Notes: generated by a model not told the origin, from the sequence alone. A stretch of DNA of 64,000 bases from the human T2T-CHM13v2.0 reference genome, Homo sapiens (GCF_009914755.1 NC_060939.1); one strand, 5' to 3'; numbered from the stretch's first letter, positions 1 through 31,911 are shown. Numbers and translations are program-made.

Positions 1-875
<875 letters not shown>

Positions 876-911
876 GACCGTGTGGAGGTGGGGTTGGGAA
901 GGGAAAGCCTC

Positions 912-1826
912 TGCATAACCAAAGAATCAACAAAGTGAACAGACAGTATCTACAAACTATATATCTGACAGTGGACCAATATCCAGAATTTATAAGGATC
1001 TCAGACAATCAGACAACTGAACAAAAACCCCCAAATAATCCCATTAAAAAACAGGGTAAGAACACAAATAGACATTCTTCAAAAGAAGACAAATGGCCAA
1101 GAAGCATGTGAACAAATGTTCAATATCACTAATCACAGAAATGCAAATTACAACTACAATGAAATATCATCTTACACCAATCAGAATGGCTATTATTAAA
1201 AAGACAAAAAGTAACAGATAACAAGGGTGTGGAGAAAACAAACTCATATACTATTTGTGGGAATGTAAATTAGTACAACCTCTATGGAAAACAGCACAGA
1301 GATTTCTCAAAGAACTAAAAACGGAACCACTATATGATCCAGCAATCCCACTACTGGGTATCTACCCAAAGGAAAATAAATCATTATATCCAAAAGACAC
1401 CTGCACTCATATGTTTATTGCAGCACCAATTTATAATAGGAAAGATATGGAATCAACCCGTGTCTTATCAACAGAGGACTGGATAAAGAAAATGTGGTAC
1501 ATATACAATATGGGATACTATTCAGCCTTAAAAAAGAATGAAATAATGTCTTTTGTAGCAACATAGATGGAACTGGAGGCCATTATCTCAAGTAAAACAA
1601 CTCAGACACAAAGACAAATACTGCATGTCCTCACTTATAGTAATGTGTACATATGAAAGCAGTGTGGAATAATAGAGAATGGAGACTCGGAGAGGTAGGG
1701 GTGGGAGAAAGGTGGATGATGAAAGCTTGCTTGATGGGTAAAATGCGTGTTGCTCTAATGATCCATGTACTGAACCTCCTGACTTCACCACATGCAATAT
1801 ATCAATGTAGCAAAATTGCACTTGTA
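912..1826 (+). mobile_element. LINE-1 3' fragment (degenerate ORF2 C-terminus plus 3'UTR), old L1M/L1PB-type
   Basis: ORF 1255-1566 reads [12 protein letters not shown]...[15 protein letters not shown]...CTHMFIAA...WIKKMWYIY, the L1 ORF2 C-terminal signature; frameshifted. Confidence 0.9.
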
Positions 1827-5705
<3,879 letters not shown>

Positions 5706-5795
5706 ATGACAGACTATAGATTTACCAAATTAACAGAGCCTGACATTATTAAATATTCAAATCATAAAACTAAATCCCGTCATCCTGATTCCACA

Positions 5796-6419
5796 TGTGT
5801 CCCGAGTTGGCTCCTTCCAGTTAGTTCTTGGTCTTGCTGACCTCAAGAATGAAGTCGTGGACCTTCGCGCTGTTACAGCTCTCAAAAATGGTGTGTCCAG
5901 AGTTTCTTCCCTCTGGTGGGTTCGTGGTCCAGAGTTTGTTCCTTCCGATGTGTCCGGAGTTTCTTCCTTCCGGTGGGTTCGTAGTCTGGCCGAATTCAAG
6001 AATGAAGCCGGAGGACCTTCGTGGCAAGTGTTCCAGCTCTTAAAGGTGATGCGGACCCAAACAGTGAGCAACAGCAAGATTTATTGTGAAGACGGAAAGA
6101 ACAAAGTTTCCACGGTGTGGAAGATGACCCGAGCCGGTTGCCACTAGGGCTAGGTGGCCAGCTTTTATTCCCTTATTTGACCCCGCCCATGTGCTGCTGA
6201 TTGGCCCATTTTACAGAGTGCTGATTGGTCCACTTTACAGAGTGCTGATTGGTCCACTTTACAGAGTGCTGGTCTATTTTTACAGAATCCTGATTGGTGC
6301 ATTTACAATCCTCTAGCTAGACACAGAGCACTGATTGGTGCATTTACAATCCTCTGGCTAGACAGAAAAGTTCTCCAAGTCCCCACCCAACCCAGAAACC
6401 CAGCTGGCTTCACCTCTCA
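5796..6419 (-). mobile_element. Solo ERV9 LTR (LTR12 family, probably LTR12F-like)
   Basis: TG...CA termini; minus strand begins TGAGAGGTGAAGCCAGCTGG; five CCAAT boxes in tandem units (ATTGG at 6200, 6224, 6248, 6293, 6334), GC box 6181-6188, AATAAAA TATA-like box 6163-6169, AATAAA 6080-6085. Confidence 0.9.
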
Positions 6420-6460
6420 CCTACTCGGAACAACTCAAAGTTGATATCTCAAGGGTTTAA

Positions 6461-7362
<902 letters not shown>

Positions 7363-8019
7363 TCTTCCTCAGTTTTAATCAAGTCCACTTAGATTACTAC
7401 ATTAGGGAACTGGGACTAATAATGGGAAAATAAAATTAAAGAACTAGGTAGATGTTTATCACCATCCATAGTTGTGGACCTACACAGGCTTTTTAAAAAA
7501 CATAACTATGCCTTATACTGGAAAGTAGGAAGAAAAAAGTAAGGTAGCAAAACACTATGTTACCACTTAGGTTAAAAAGTGTGTGTCTGTGAGGGACTAC
7601 TTGTATATTCACTAAATATCTTTTGAAGGATATGAGAGAAACTGGGGACAAAAGTCACTTCTAGTGAGAGGATATGTGTGGCTAGGGGGTGAAGGGAGAA
7701 GACTTTTCCCTTTTGGGCCTTTTGAATTTTGTATAATGTGCAAGTATGTTTTAACTTAATTATAATGTATTAGAGTATTATATACATATTTTCTTAAATG
7801 GCTATAAAACACCTGAATCTTTGGGAAGACTTAGGACTTCTTACGCCTAGAAGTAGATGGTTATGATTATTCTAGCATGTTTTGGTGAATTCGCCAAATT
7901 CCAATTTACTTTCCCTGTTAGAATAACCCAGTATTTTCTGGAAATATTCAACAGGGAGGAAAAAATACTTGATTCTGTTTTAATTGTCTTCTTGGACTCA
8001 GAAATGGAAAATATATATA

Positions 8020-8354
8020 CAACTGGCCCTCTGTATCCGTGGGTTCAGCATCTGTGGATTCAATCAATTCCCAATCAAAACCATTTAGAAAAAAAATACA
8101 TCTCTACTGAATATGTAGACTTATTTTTCTCATCACTATTCCCCCAATAATACAGTATAACAACTATTTACATAGCATTTACATTGTACTAGATATTACA
8201 AATAATTTAGAAATTATTTAAGGTGTATGGGAGGATGTGCAAAGGTTATGTGGAAATACTACACCACTTTATATCAGGGATTTGAGCATCCTCGGATTGT
8301 GATATCATTGGGAGGTCCTGGAACCAATCGCCCATAGATAATGAGGGATGAATG
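8020..8354. mobile_element. Tigger-family (TcMar) non-autonomous DNA transposon, Tigger3a/MER7-like
   Basis: TA flanks; terminal caactggccctctgtatccgtggg and gataatgagggatgaatg; internal tacagtataacaactatttacatagcatttacattgta. Confidence 0.75.
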
Positions 8355-8959
8355 TATACATACATAAAACATTGTCACTTTAAGGATCATTTTTGACCCT
8401 TGTTTGCCTACTAAAGGTATTTCTGATACTTTCAAAACCAATAGACTCTCTACATATGAGAGGATATACCAATAAAGTAGTATTCAACTCTCAAAATGAT
8501 GAGCTAATATAAATTAATTAAAAAACTCTATCTTCATTATTTGGACTAATGTCACCACCCTACGACACTTGTGCCTAATTTCTACAGTACCAGAAGTCAA
8601 CAGGGTTAAGTATACCCTAAGCCTTGGAAAAAAGGGTAGATCATCCTTTAAGAATTAACAAAAATGATACTAGAGACATTCAAAATCTTTTTATAACAAC
8701 GGTTCTTAAACCTTTCTTATGTTCCAAAACTTGTGAGGATTATATTACATCCCCAACAGTTACAGTGGTTGGGCACCACCATATCTCCTAGGCTGAAATC
8801 AGAACGTATATTAAGGTTTGAAAATGCCTCCTCTCTCAGGGAACACTTTCTTCTCCAACAGAAGAATCACTTGCAGGCTCAAGAAAATATGACTCCTGTG
8901 TCCAAGACTTAACTATAACAAAAATTAACATATTAACTTTCATTTAAGAATAAAATCTC

Positions 8960-9283
<324 letters not shown>

Positions 9284-9294
9284 TCACCTAAACT

Positions 9295-9920
9295 CTGGAT
9301 TCAAATCTCCAACTGCCTACTAGCCAACTCCACATGGATATCCAATAGTCATCTATTCTTGAACTTAACATATTAAAAATAGAACCCTTAATATCCCCCC
9401 TCTCAAATCTGCTCCTCCCAACAGTCCCTAACTCAGTAAACGGAACCATCCTCCTTCCAATTTCTCAAGCCTGAAATAAAGGATTCATCCTTGATTTCTT
9501 TTTTCCTTAATAACCTACATCCAATTTGTTGACTTTGCCTTTATAATATATTCCCAAGCTGTCCGTTTCTTTCCATTTCCATTACCACCATTCTAGACCA
9601 AACCACCAACTCCTTTAGACTATATAATAGCTTCCTAAATGCTTCAGCCACACTGGCCTTCTGTCCTTCAACATTTCAAACTTATTTCCATTTTGTGGCT
9701 GAGCCATTCTTTCTGCTTAAAATATTCCTCCCACACACTCACCACCCAATCAAGAATAACCCCACCCTCACTTACAATCATTCTCTATAGCAGTACCCTG
9801 TATTTTTCCCCCACCACATTTATCACCATCTGGAAATTAGCTTATGCACTTATTGCCCATGACCTCTCACTAGACTGTGAGCTCCATGAGAGCAGGAACC
9901 ATGTTCATTGTACCTAGAAT
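9295..9920. mobile_element. L2 fragment
   Basis: L2-typical text (tccaactgcctactag...tccacatggatatccaatag...ctagactgtgagctccatgagagcagg). Confidence 0.65.
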
Positions 9921-9943
9921 AGATACACTTATTCTGGTATCTA

Positions 9944-10290
9944 TTTTTTCTTTTTTTGAGATGGAGTCTTGCTCTGTCTCCAGGCTGGAGTGCAGTAGCA
10001 CGATCTCAGCTCACTGCAACTAACTCAAGGACAGAAAACCAAACACTGCATGTTCTCACTCATAAGTGGGAGTTGAACAATGAGAACACATGGATACAGG
10101 GAGGGGAACATCACACACCGGGCCCTGTTGGGGGGTGGGGGGCTAGGGGAGGGATAGCATTAGGAGAAACACCTAATGTAGATGACGGGTTAATGGGTAC
10201 AGCAAACCACCATGGTATGTGTATACCTATGTAACAAAGAGCACATTCTGCACACGTACCTCAGAACTTAATTAAAAAAAAAAAAAAAAA
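9944..10290. mobile_element. Antisense Alu tail fragment (9944-10020) fused to sense L1PA 3' end (10021-10290)
   Basis: Alu stops at ctcactgcaac and continues directly into L1 3'UTR (aaaaccaaacactgcatgttctcactcataagtggg...gggagggatagcattagga...poly A). Confidence 0.85.
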
Positions 10291-10639
10291 GAGCCAGTGT
10301 GTGTGATTCACTCCCATTACCTTACCTCTAACCATCAACAGGTAACCAACAACAGGCCAGAAAGTTAAGACTCCCCTGTCCACATTGCTAAGCAAGGAAA
10401 ACTAGGAGCACAGGCCCAGACAGCTCATGTGTAACATGAACTGAGGAAAAATAAACCTCTGAAATAAGCCACTGAGATTTGGGTGCTGTTTGTTACTACA
10501 AAATCACCTAGTCCATCCAGACTGATGAACTGTTCAAGCAATGCTGTGGGCACAGAATGATTCAGTCAGTCCCACTAAGTGGTTACTTGCAATGTAAACT
10601 GATGTCACTAGATATACATATTTAATTCTTTTCTTATTA

Positions 10640-10779
10640 CAGTTGTCCCTCAGTATCTGAGTACGGCTGGTTCCAGGACCACCTCAGATACCAAAATTCG
10701 TGGATACTCATGTCCCCTAGTCAGCCTTCCGTATTCATGGCTTCCATACAGAGAACCCATGGATGCTGAGGGTAGACTG
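10640..10779. mobile_element. Short Tigger/MER2-type MITE
   Basis: TA flanks; imperfect terminal inverted repeats cagttgtccctcagtatc / gatgctgagggtagactg (14 of 18 match). Confidence 0.7.
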
Positions 10780-11073
10780 TATTACCTAGTTTCCAACAGG
10801 TCTGTCAACAAGGATCAAAAAAACTGTTTACATGGAGTTTTAAGGAATTCTTGTCTCTAATGCTATTTTTCACTAAATGGATAATTCACTCAAACAATGA
10901 ATGCCACCCATACAGGCTTCTTGAAAAACCATCTGCCAGACTTTCTTCAACTGGAAACATACTTTGTAGGCAAGAATAACTGCTTTTTGTTTCCTTATTT
11001 TCTATACCAACTATTCAATAATTAAGTAATTATTGAGTACAGGCCACTGTAAGGGAAAAGAATAAAAAGGTAG

Positions 11074-14140
<3,067 letters not shown>

Positions 14141-14327
14141 CCCACCATCCACCCTTCTGTTCAGTGCCCTACATAAATCCTGCAATTGTTAGTTTTTCGC
14201 AGAAGCTTTACCCAGTTCAGTTCTGCATTCATCCACTGTACTAACGAAGAGTGTCATATATATTTTTTGTTGTTAATCTCATAACCCAAACTAGATTAAT
14301 CTCCCTAAGGTTGGTTGTCCTGGCACA

Positions 14328-14541
14328 TTTTTTATTTTATTTTTATTATTTTTTATTTCAATAGGTTTTTGGGGAACAAGTGGTGTTTGGTTACATGAAT
14401 CAGTTCTTCAGGGGTGATTTCCGAGATTCTGGTGCACCCATTACCTGAGCAGTGAACACTGTATCCAATGTGTAGTCTTCTATCCTTCATCCCCCTCCCA
14501 CTCTCTTTCTACCAAGTCCCCAAAGTCCATAGTGTCATTCT
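14328..14541 (-). mobile_element. L1PB-like 3' end fragment
   Basis: T-rich tail, L1 3'UTR text, ggcacattt duplicated at both flanks. Confidence 0.75.
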
Positions 14542-16198
14542 TGCGGCACATTTCTTTTGTATAGCCAATTGGGTCTACCACCCTGTTGGGCATACAGGCA
14601 ATCGAAAGCTTTGTAACTGATGAATGACATTTAAAAGCTCTGCTATAGATAAGTATAAACTGCTGATTTCTTACTAAGTGATTTTGCTTTTGAAATTTAT
14701 TCCTTGTCAAGGAGGTATTAGTTTAAGTATAACCATTTCAAGTACAGAATAACCACTCAATAAGTTTTAGGGATGAAAACATTTAACATGTAATTTTTTA
14801 TTTTAAAGTAATACATAAGTTGCTAAGACTAACACTTTCAAAACTTTCAGGAAAGGATATAAAGGAATTGAAAACATAAATTATAACACACATAAAGCTT
14901 ATGAACTCCATTTATCTTAAAATAGTCAATGGATTTTTTGCTCAGGCACAAACCTTAAGTATAATCATCAAGAGCAGAAAACTTGAATGAATGGTGTGTG
15001 AATGAATGTATGTGTACACAAAAGCACACTCAGGTCTCCGAAGTTTAAGTAAATGAAATGAAAGGGCTTTGTAAACTAAAAAGAGCCACAGATAAAGGAG
15101 GTAGTAGAGCAACAGAGTTAAAAGCGTGGAGCCAGCCTGCTCGGGTGTTAATTATATTAGCTGTGTAACCCTGTACGGTACAAAAGTTACAATACTAAAA
15201 TTTCCTGTGCCTTAGTTTCTTCACTGTCAAAATGGGGACAACAGTATATATCCCAAAGTAAAGCTCTTAATACGCCCAGCGCATAGAAAGCACAAAATAA
15301 ATATTGCCCATCATTATGATCACACTGGCTAATATTATTATTGGCTAATATTAGTTATTAGCCAAGTAAAAGCCTCAATGGATGACGTTTCAATTCAAGT
15401 CTGAAGCTGGCTATCCAAAGAAACTCCAAAAAACCCAGCAGATTTAAGCTATTAGGTGGACTAGTTTCTCATAATTCTCGCAAGTGCTGAACTGATGATT
15501 ATTACACACCTAATTTCTCTTACAATTTTTTTTAAATCAGCAAAGAAACTGACATAGGTATCTCTGTTTTCAAGGAACTTTATAAGCCACAAGAAAACAA
15601 ACCAACTCTTTGTTATCTCCATATTTAAGCAATTTAAGAGCGTAGTAAAAGCCTAGATACTTTACAGAACAACTTTTCAGAAAATACAGTAAGGTTTTTA
15701 AAGTTGCAATCGACAATTCTTATGCAGTTATGTCAAGTTTTTGTCCTGCGAAACAAAAGCTCATCCGTCAGGAATCCGAGGACCCGTCGGAAAATAAGGA
15801 AATGCCTGGGCCGGGCCTAGGCGCTCTGCGGAAAACCTGTCCTCAAAAATGCTCGCCCCACACTCGTTCTGTCCTTCCCCTTCCCCAGGTGCAGCTGTCG
15901 ACTCCACCCGAAGATAAGTAAGTGACAACAGGTTCGGTCCACGCCTCTCCCGGCCCAGTCCCCTGGAGCCCCCCAGCGCCCGCTGCCCGACTCTCCCCGC
16001 AGGGGCCGGCAGAGGGGCTCCGCCCCGGCCTTGCCGCCCCGCCCCGGGACCCGGCAGCGCTGCCGCGAGCCCGGCCGAGCCGAGGCCGCCGCGGGGCCTG
16101 CAGGTGGGCCCAGGGCGCGGCCAAGCCCGGCTGGAGTAGCCCTGCCAGGGCAGGGCAGCTGCGGGCGCGGGGCTCGCACCGGCTCGGCAGTCACTTAC

Positions 16199-16345
16199 CG
16201 GCGCCTCATGGTACCGCGGCGCCTCAGCCCAGCCTCGGCGCTGACGACCAGCGCCCGGCAGCCTAGAGAGTCCCTCGGCTTCTGGGCCGAGTCCCACTCA
16301 GGGCCATTCAAACGCGGCCGCGCGCGCGGCCCGCCGGGATAGCTG
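16199..16345 (-). other. KATNBL1: Non-coding first exon (5'UTR); intron 1 runs from 16198 to beyond the window start
   Basis: Consensus donor CG|GTAAGT on minus strand at 16199/16198 inside the CpG island; 5' boundary approximate. Confidence 0.75.
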
Positions 16346-16435
16346 GCGCTGTGGGCGTCTCGCGGGCTCCGCCCAACGTTGGCTCCGCCCCTCTGGGGGT
16401 CGCTAAGGGCCGGAGGGGAAAAGGACCTGTGGCCA

Positions 16436-16454
16436 CAGTGCCCCCTGGTGGCTA
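16436..16454 (-). promoter_or_regulatory. CTCF binding motif
   Basis: Minus strand TAGCCACCAGGGGGCACTG, near-perfect match to CTCF core CCACCAGGGGGCGC. Confidence 0.75.
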
Positions 16455-16653
16455 GAGCTTCGCACGGTAGCCTTGCTATGGCGCGAGAAGTGATACTGCG
16501 ATAGGAACTGAGGATGGGTAAAGGTCAACGAATGACCGACCGTGCGCTAGGAACAACCTAGTGTGGGAGACCGTGCCTTAGTGGTGTACCAGGAGGTGCA
16601 AACAATTTCCTATAAAGTTATGGTTCCGGGAGAGATTTATTCATTCACACCTA

Positions 16654-17060
<407 letters not shown>

Positions 17061-19169
17061 TTTTAGTTCCTATTATGTGCCAAACTTTGTGCTAGACTCT
17101 TAAGAACACAAGAAATGTACATGATGCAGAACCTGTCCTCAGGAAGCTGGTTCGGTCTTGTTGGGATGGGGAACACTAAATTAGATTATGAGGTTAGGGT
17201 TGGGTCTGTAGATGATGAACTTTTAATTACTGAGGGCAGTTCTCTTCATTAGAACCAGGCTGCTCACCTTCATAGATAAGCCACCGGTCAAGGTTAGCCA
17301 AGCTGTGACAGGAGCAAGTTTGTCTATGGTGGTTCTCTCGCCCCTTGCAGAAACCAACCAAGCAGTGCCTTTGGTGGAAATACTTCCTCACCACAAGACT
17401 ACATCCCTTGGCTTGCTTTTTCAGGCACTCATTTCGGAACTCAAGGCTTGCCTAGGGAGCAGGCTGCTTAAGTTTGGTTTAACAATCTTTTTGAAGGCCC
17501 GCCATGTGCCAGGCAAATTGTGCCTGGTGCTGGAAATCGCCTGAAGCAGCTCTCAGTGGCTTGAAAAACAGGAAAAGAGATCATTCCAATACACTGCAGT
17601 GATAAAAGGTATCTCCTAAATGCCGTGGGAGTTCCGAGCAATGGGAGGCCTGTCAGATAAACTGATCAGAACTAAGATGTCATCAGGTTGTTATAACTTT
17701 ATGTATTTTTCCTCCCTAGTAACAGAGTCCTTACTTAATCAAAAAAAAAAAAAAAGTCATGTTGAAAATTGAGGCAAGACCTTAGGGCAGTGGGAAAATA
17801 GTTTTAGGATATTTGGCATAAGCAACACCTTTGAGAGCTTCTCGATTGTACCAAGCATAAGCAAGGCACATACATGCCTATGTGTGGGGCCACATCTGTT
17901 AACAGGTGGTACTGTTGAGAGAGTCCAGCTAGGTGAGTAAAGGAAGCTGGAGCCCTAGGTTCCATGTATGTACAATAAAGAATATTTCCTGAATATGACT
18001 TCCACTAAGTAGATGTGTTGTTTTAAAGAAAATAAAAATTCAACACACATGGGTGAAGTCACTTTCTCTCAAGTCATTTCTTCATCATCATGAACAGGAA
18101 TTTCTTGATGACCCACTATGCAAAAGGCACTGTGCTGGCCTCTCATCAGAAGAATAGGGTAAAAAGAGTGTACTATATGATCGTTATCCTCAAGGGAGGC
18201 TAAAGAGTTAAGACAAGTAATGGAGTCCTGGAACTCAGGGAATCTGCTGTGTTAACACAGAAGAATCTCAGCTAATACAAGGCCTCCAGTTGCTGGAGGC
18301 CAGAGAAGAACCTTGATATTCTCATTTCTGGAGCTTGTTAGGGCACAGGATCTCAGGCAGCTTAATCTCCAGAGCCAAGTTATAAAGTTTGTATCAGTGA
18401 TGGGCAGCCCAGGCCCTCACATCTCATAATTTCACATAAAAATAAGGAAAACTGCCTTTGCATTGCTACTTTTGGAATATATACAAATACTGTCATTTTA
18501 GTGATGAAAATGCAAGGCAACTTTCTTCATTGATACTTTTCCTATCAATAAAGTTGAATTTTTCCCCCTTGGGGCTCAATAAAATTTGAATTCTTACTAA
18601 AAAAAGGTACAGCCCATACATTAAAAAAATCCCTACATCAGTGTTTGTGTACAAAAAGGTGGTTTACTGATAGCCTTCGTGGTGGGCAGTCTCCAAGGGT
18701 GTCTACTCCTCTGGCCATTCCTTCATTCCTTCCTTCTGAGAGAACACGCAGCTAAGTTAGCCTTCCTGCCTCACATCCCCCTCTCTACGGGGTGCAGAAT
18801 CATTCAAGGACACAGTGTAGAGTGACCCACATGAGAAAAGAGCTGCCATGCAGTCCTGTGTACACTGCTTGATGGCAAGCAGGGGAGGGATGGTGGAGCT
18901 GGGCCTGATGAACTGGAGAGGACAGACAGGATGTTCCTGACAGAGAGGGGGAAATGCAAAGTAAGTTCTAGTACTGCAGTCTATTCTGATTTGAGTGGAG
19001 GGAAAAGTGCTTGCAAGAGTCACAGGAGTGAAGACTGAAAAGGTACGTAAGGCACCTGATAGGTTGCGAAGACCTGGAATTATCAAGCAAAGTGTTTGAG
19101 GTGCAAGGAGACAGCAAAGACAATTGAGCAGGGGAATGACTAAGTCAGTTCTTTAGAAGGATTGATCTG

Positions 19170-21969
<2,800 letters not shown>

Positions 21970-22107
21970 TCATGTAAATGTTTTAAAGTTTAGGATTTAA
22001 TTCTGTAACTATGGCAATATTATTTTACCTGTTATTATTTTATTGTTATCATTTTCTCCTTAAGCTAACCCTTAATACATCTGAATGGACTCTCTTTTAG
22101 AAAGAGA

Positions 22108-23495
22108 CGTATTTGTTTCTTAGGGTCGCTGTGACAAAGTACCACAAACTGAATAGCTTAAACCAACAGAAGTATATTGTCTCACAGTTCCAGAGGCTAG
22201 AAGTCCAAACAGCCTCCGGAACAGGACCATGCGCCCTCTGAAGGTCTAGGGAATAATCCTTTGCCTCCTCTTCCTAGCTTCCTCGGCTTGTAGCTGCATC
22301 ATTCCAATCTGTCTCCATTCATCACATGGCCTTCTTCCCTATGTGTCTGTGTGACCTCTTCATATAAGGATGCTATAGTCATCAGATTTAGGCCTCACTG
22401 TAATCCAGTATGACCTCATCTTAACCAATGTATCAGCCAAGACCTTCATTGCAAAGATCTGATGTGAGACTCTGGGTGGATACGAATTTGGGGGTGGGGA
22501 GGAAATTATTCAATTCACTGAAAGACTCTAGCAATGATTTAATCAATAAACCCTTAGAACTGTAAATCAGTACATTTTAGAGAGCCTATTATTTGAACCC
22601 ATCAACATTTTAACTGTATAAAACTGTGGGAAGAGATCCTAATTTTATCACTGTCCTACAGAAATGTGTTGACAAGTGCCCAACGATGTTCACAGCAACA
22701 TTTTTTTGTAATAGCGAAAAATGGGAACAAGCTGAATGTCTATCAATTTGGGACTAATTAAATTATCTCACATCTACATTCTGCAGCCTTGAAAAAGAAT
22801 AAGGTAGATCTGCATGATAGACATGGAAGATATCCAAAATAGATTAAGTAAAAAAAGCAAGTCAATAGACAGTGTTTAGTACATTCCTATTTACATAATG
22901 AGCAAATTAAACAACTCTACATTTATGTACATGTTTTAAGGAATAGCTTTATATATCTTTCAAACATTAAAAGATACCTATTGTTCTCCAACTCTTCTGA
23001 ATTTCATTTCATCCTTGTATTATTCTGCTTGGGTTGCCATAACAAAATACTGGGTGCTTTAAACCAGTGGTCCTGAACATTTTTGGCACCAAGGACCAAT
23101 TTTATGGAAGACAATTTTTCCACAAATGTGAGCTGGGCAGGGAGGGTGGTTTCAGGATGAAACTGTTTCATCTCAGATCATCAGGCATTAAGACATAAGG
23201 AATACACAACCTAGATCCCTCACATGCACAGTTCATAATAGGGTTTGAGCTCCTAAAGAATCTAATGCCCCCTCCTTGATCTCATGGGAGGCAGAGCTCA
23301 GGCAGTAATGCTCCCTGGCCTTGGCAGAGAGCTCTTGGGTGTCTTATAAGGGCAATGCTATCATGAGACATCCACCCTCATTACCTCATTTAACTCTAAT
23401 TACTTCCCAAAGGCTCTATCTCTAAATACCATCCCATAGAGGATTAGGATCATCCCATATGATTTCTGGGAGGACACAAACAATCAGTCCATAAC
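22108..23495. mobile_element. MaLR (MLT1-type) LTR fragments ~22108-22520 and ~23017-23495, the latter interrupted by a MER1-type hAT element (~23064-23320)
   Basis: MLT1 text (gctgtgacaaagtaccacaaactg...tctcacagttccagaggctagaagtccaa); MER1 text (ttttggcaccaaggacc...atggaagacaatttttccac...tcagatcatcaggcatta). Confidence 0.7.
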
Positions 23496-23521
23496 AATCT
23501 TCCTTTAAAAGACTCAGGTTA

Positions 23522-31037
<7,516 letters not shown>

Positions 31038-31129
31038 AATTCTTAACGCTGAGTCAGTATGGGCTTTCCTTCAGCCCCATAAAGTGCACCTCAGAGGTCA
31101 GGGAACACATAACAAGGACATTCAAAAGG

Positions 31130-31462
<333 letters not shown>

Positions 31463-31796
31463 TGAGGCACCTGGGCAAGCTGTACATCACTGTTCATCCC
31501 AGAACTGCACCAGAGTAATGAGACCTGAGCCCTCAGGCATAACTCTGAAAAAGATGGGTGGCACACAGACATCACCTGGGGAGGTAGCGGCTTTTCTGCC
31601 GTGGAAGTTTCTCTGCTCAAACAATGCTTACATCAGTCCTCCTGATAAGTCAAAGGACTGAGGAACATACGAGGGGGCTTGGTCTAATCTGAGTAGGTGC
31701 ATCTGAAGATCTTTATTCCTATGATTGGTAGATCAGGAAATGTGGGATAAGAAGTATCGGAGGTTGCAGCTTTAGTTTCTTGGTTTGGTTTTTTAG

Positions 31797-31911
31797 GGGT
31801 CGAAGTGACCGGGGCAGTGGCCAGGGAGACTCGCTCTACCCAGTCGGTTACTTGGACAAGCAAGTGCCTGATACCAGCGTGCAAGAGACAGACCGGATCC
31901 TGGTGGAGAAG
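31797..31911 (+). CDS. EMC4: EMC4 exon 2
   Basis: ttttag acceptor; [38 protein letters not shown]; donor AG|GTACAG; 115 nt. Confidence 0.95.

Larger units (their letters stand above)
15760..16550. promoter_or_regulatory. KATNBL1: CpG island promoter
   Basis: Very high GC and CpG density; GC boxes ggctccgccc at ~16365 and 16381; gene name from known 15q14 gene order KATNBL1-EMC4-SLC12A6, not from coding sequence in the window. Confidence 0.85.

Noticed and set aside
1255-1566. 103-aa ORF resembling L1 ORF2
   Set aside because: Frameshifted fragment of a dead LINE-1
6190-6365. Regularly spaced 24-41 bp repeats resembling a CRISPR array
   Set aside because: Tandem CCAAT-box units of the LTR12 enhancer; no unique spacers, no cas genes, eukaryotic context
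15730-16342. Overlapping 63-178 aa Pro/Gly/Ala/Arg-rich ORFs on both strands
   Set aside because: Expected from stop-codon scarcity in a CpG island; no recognisable domain
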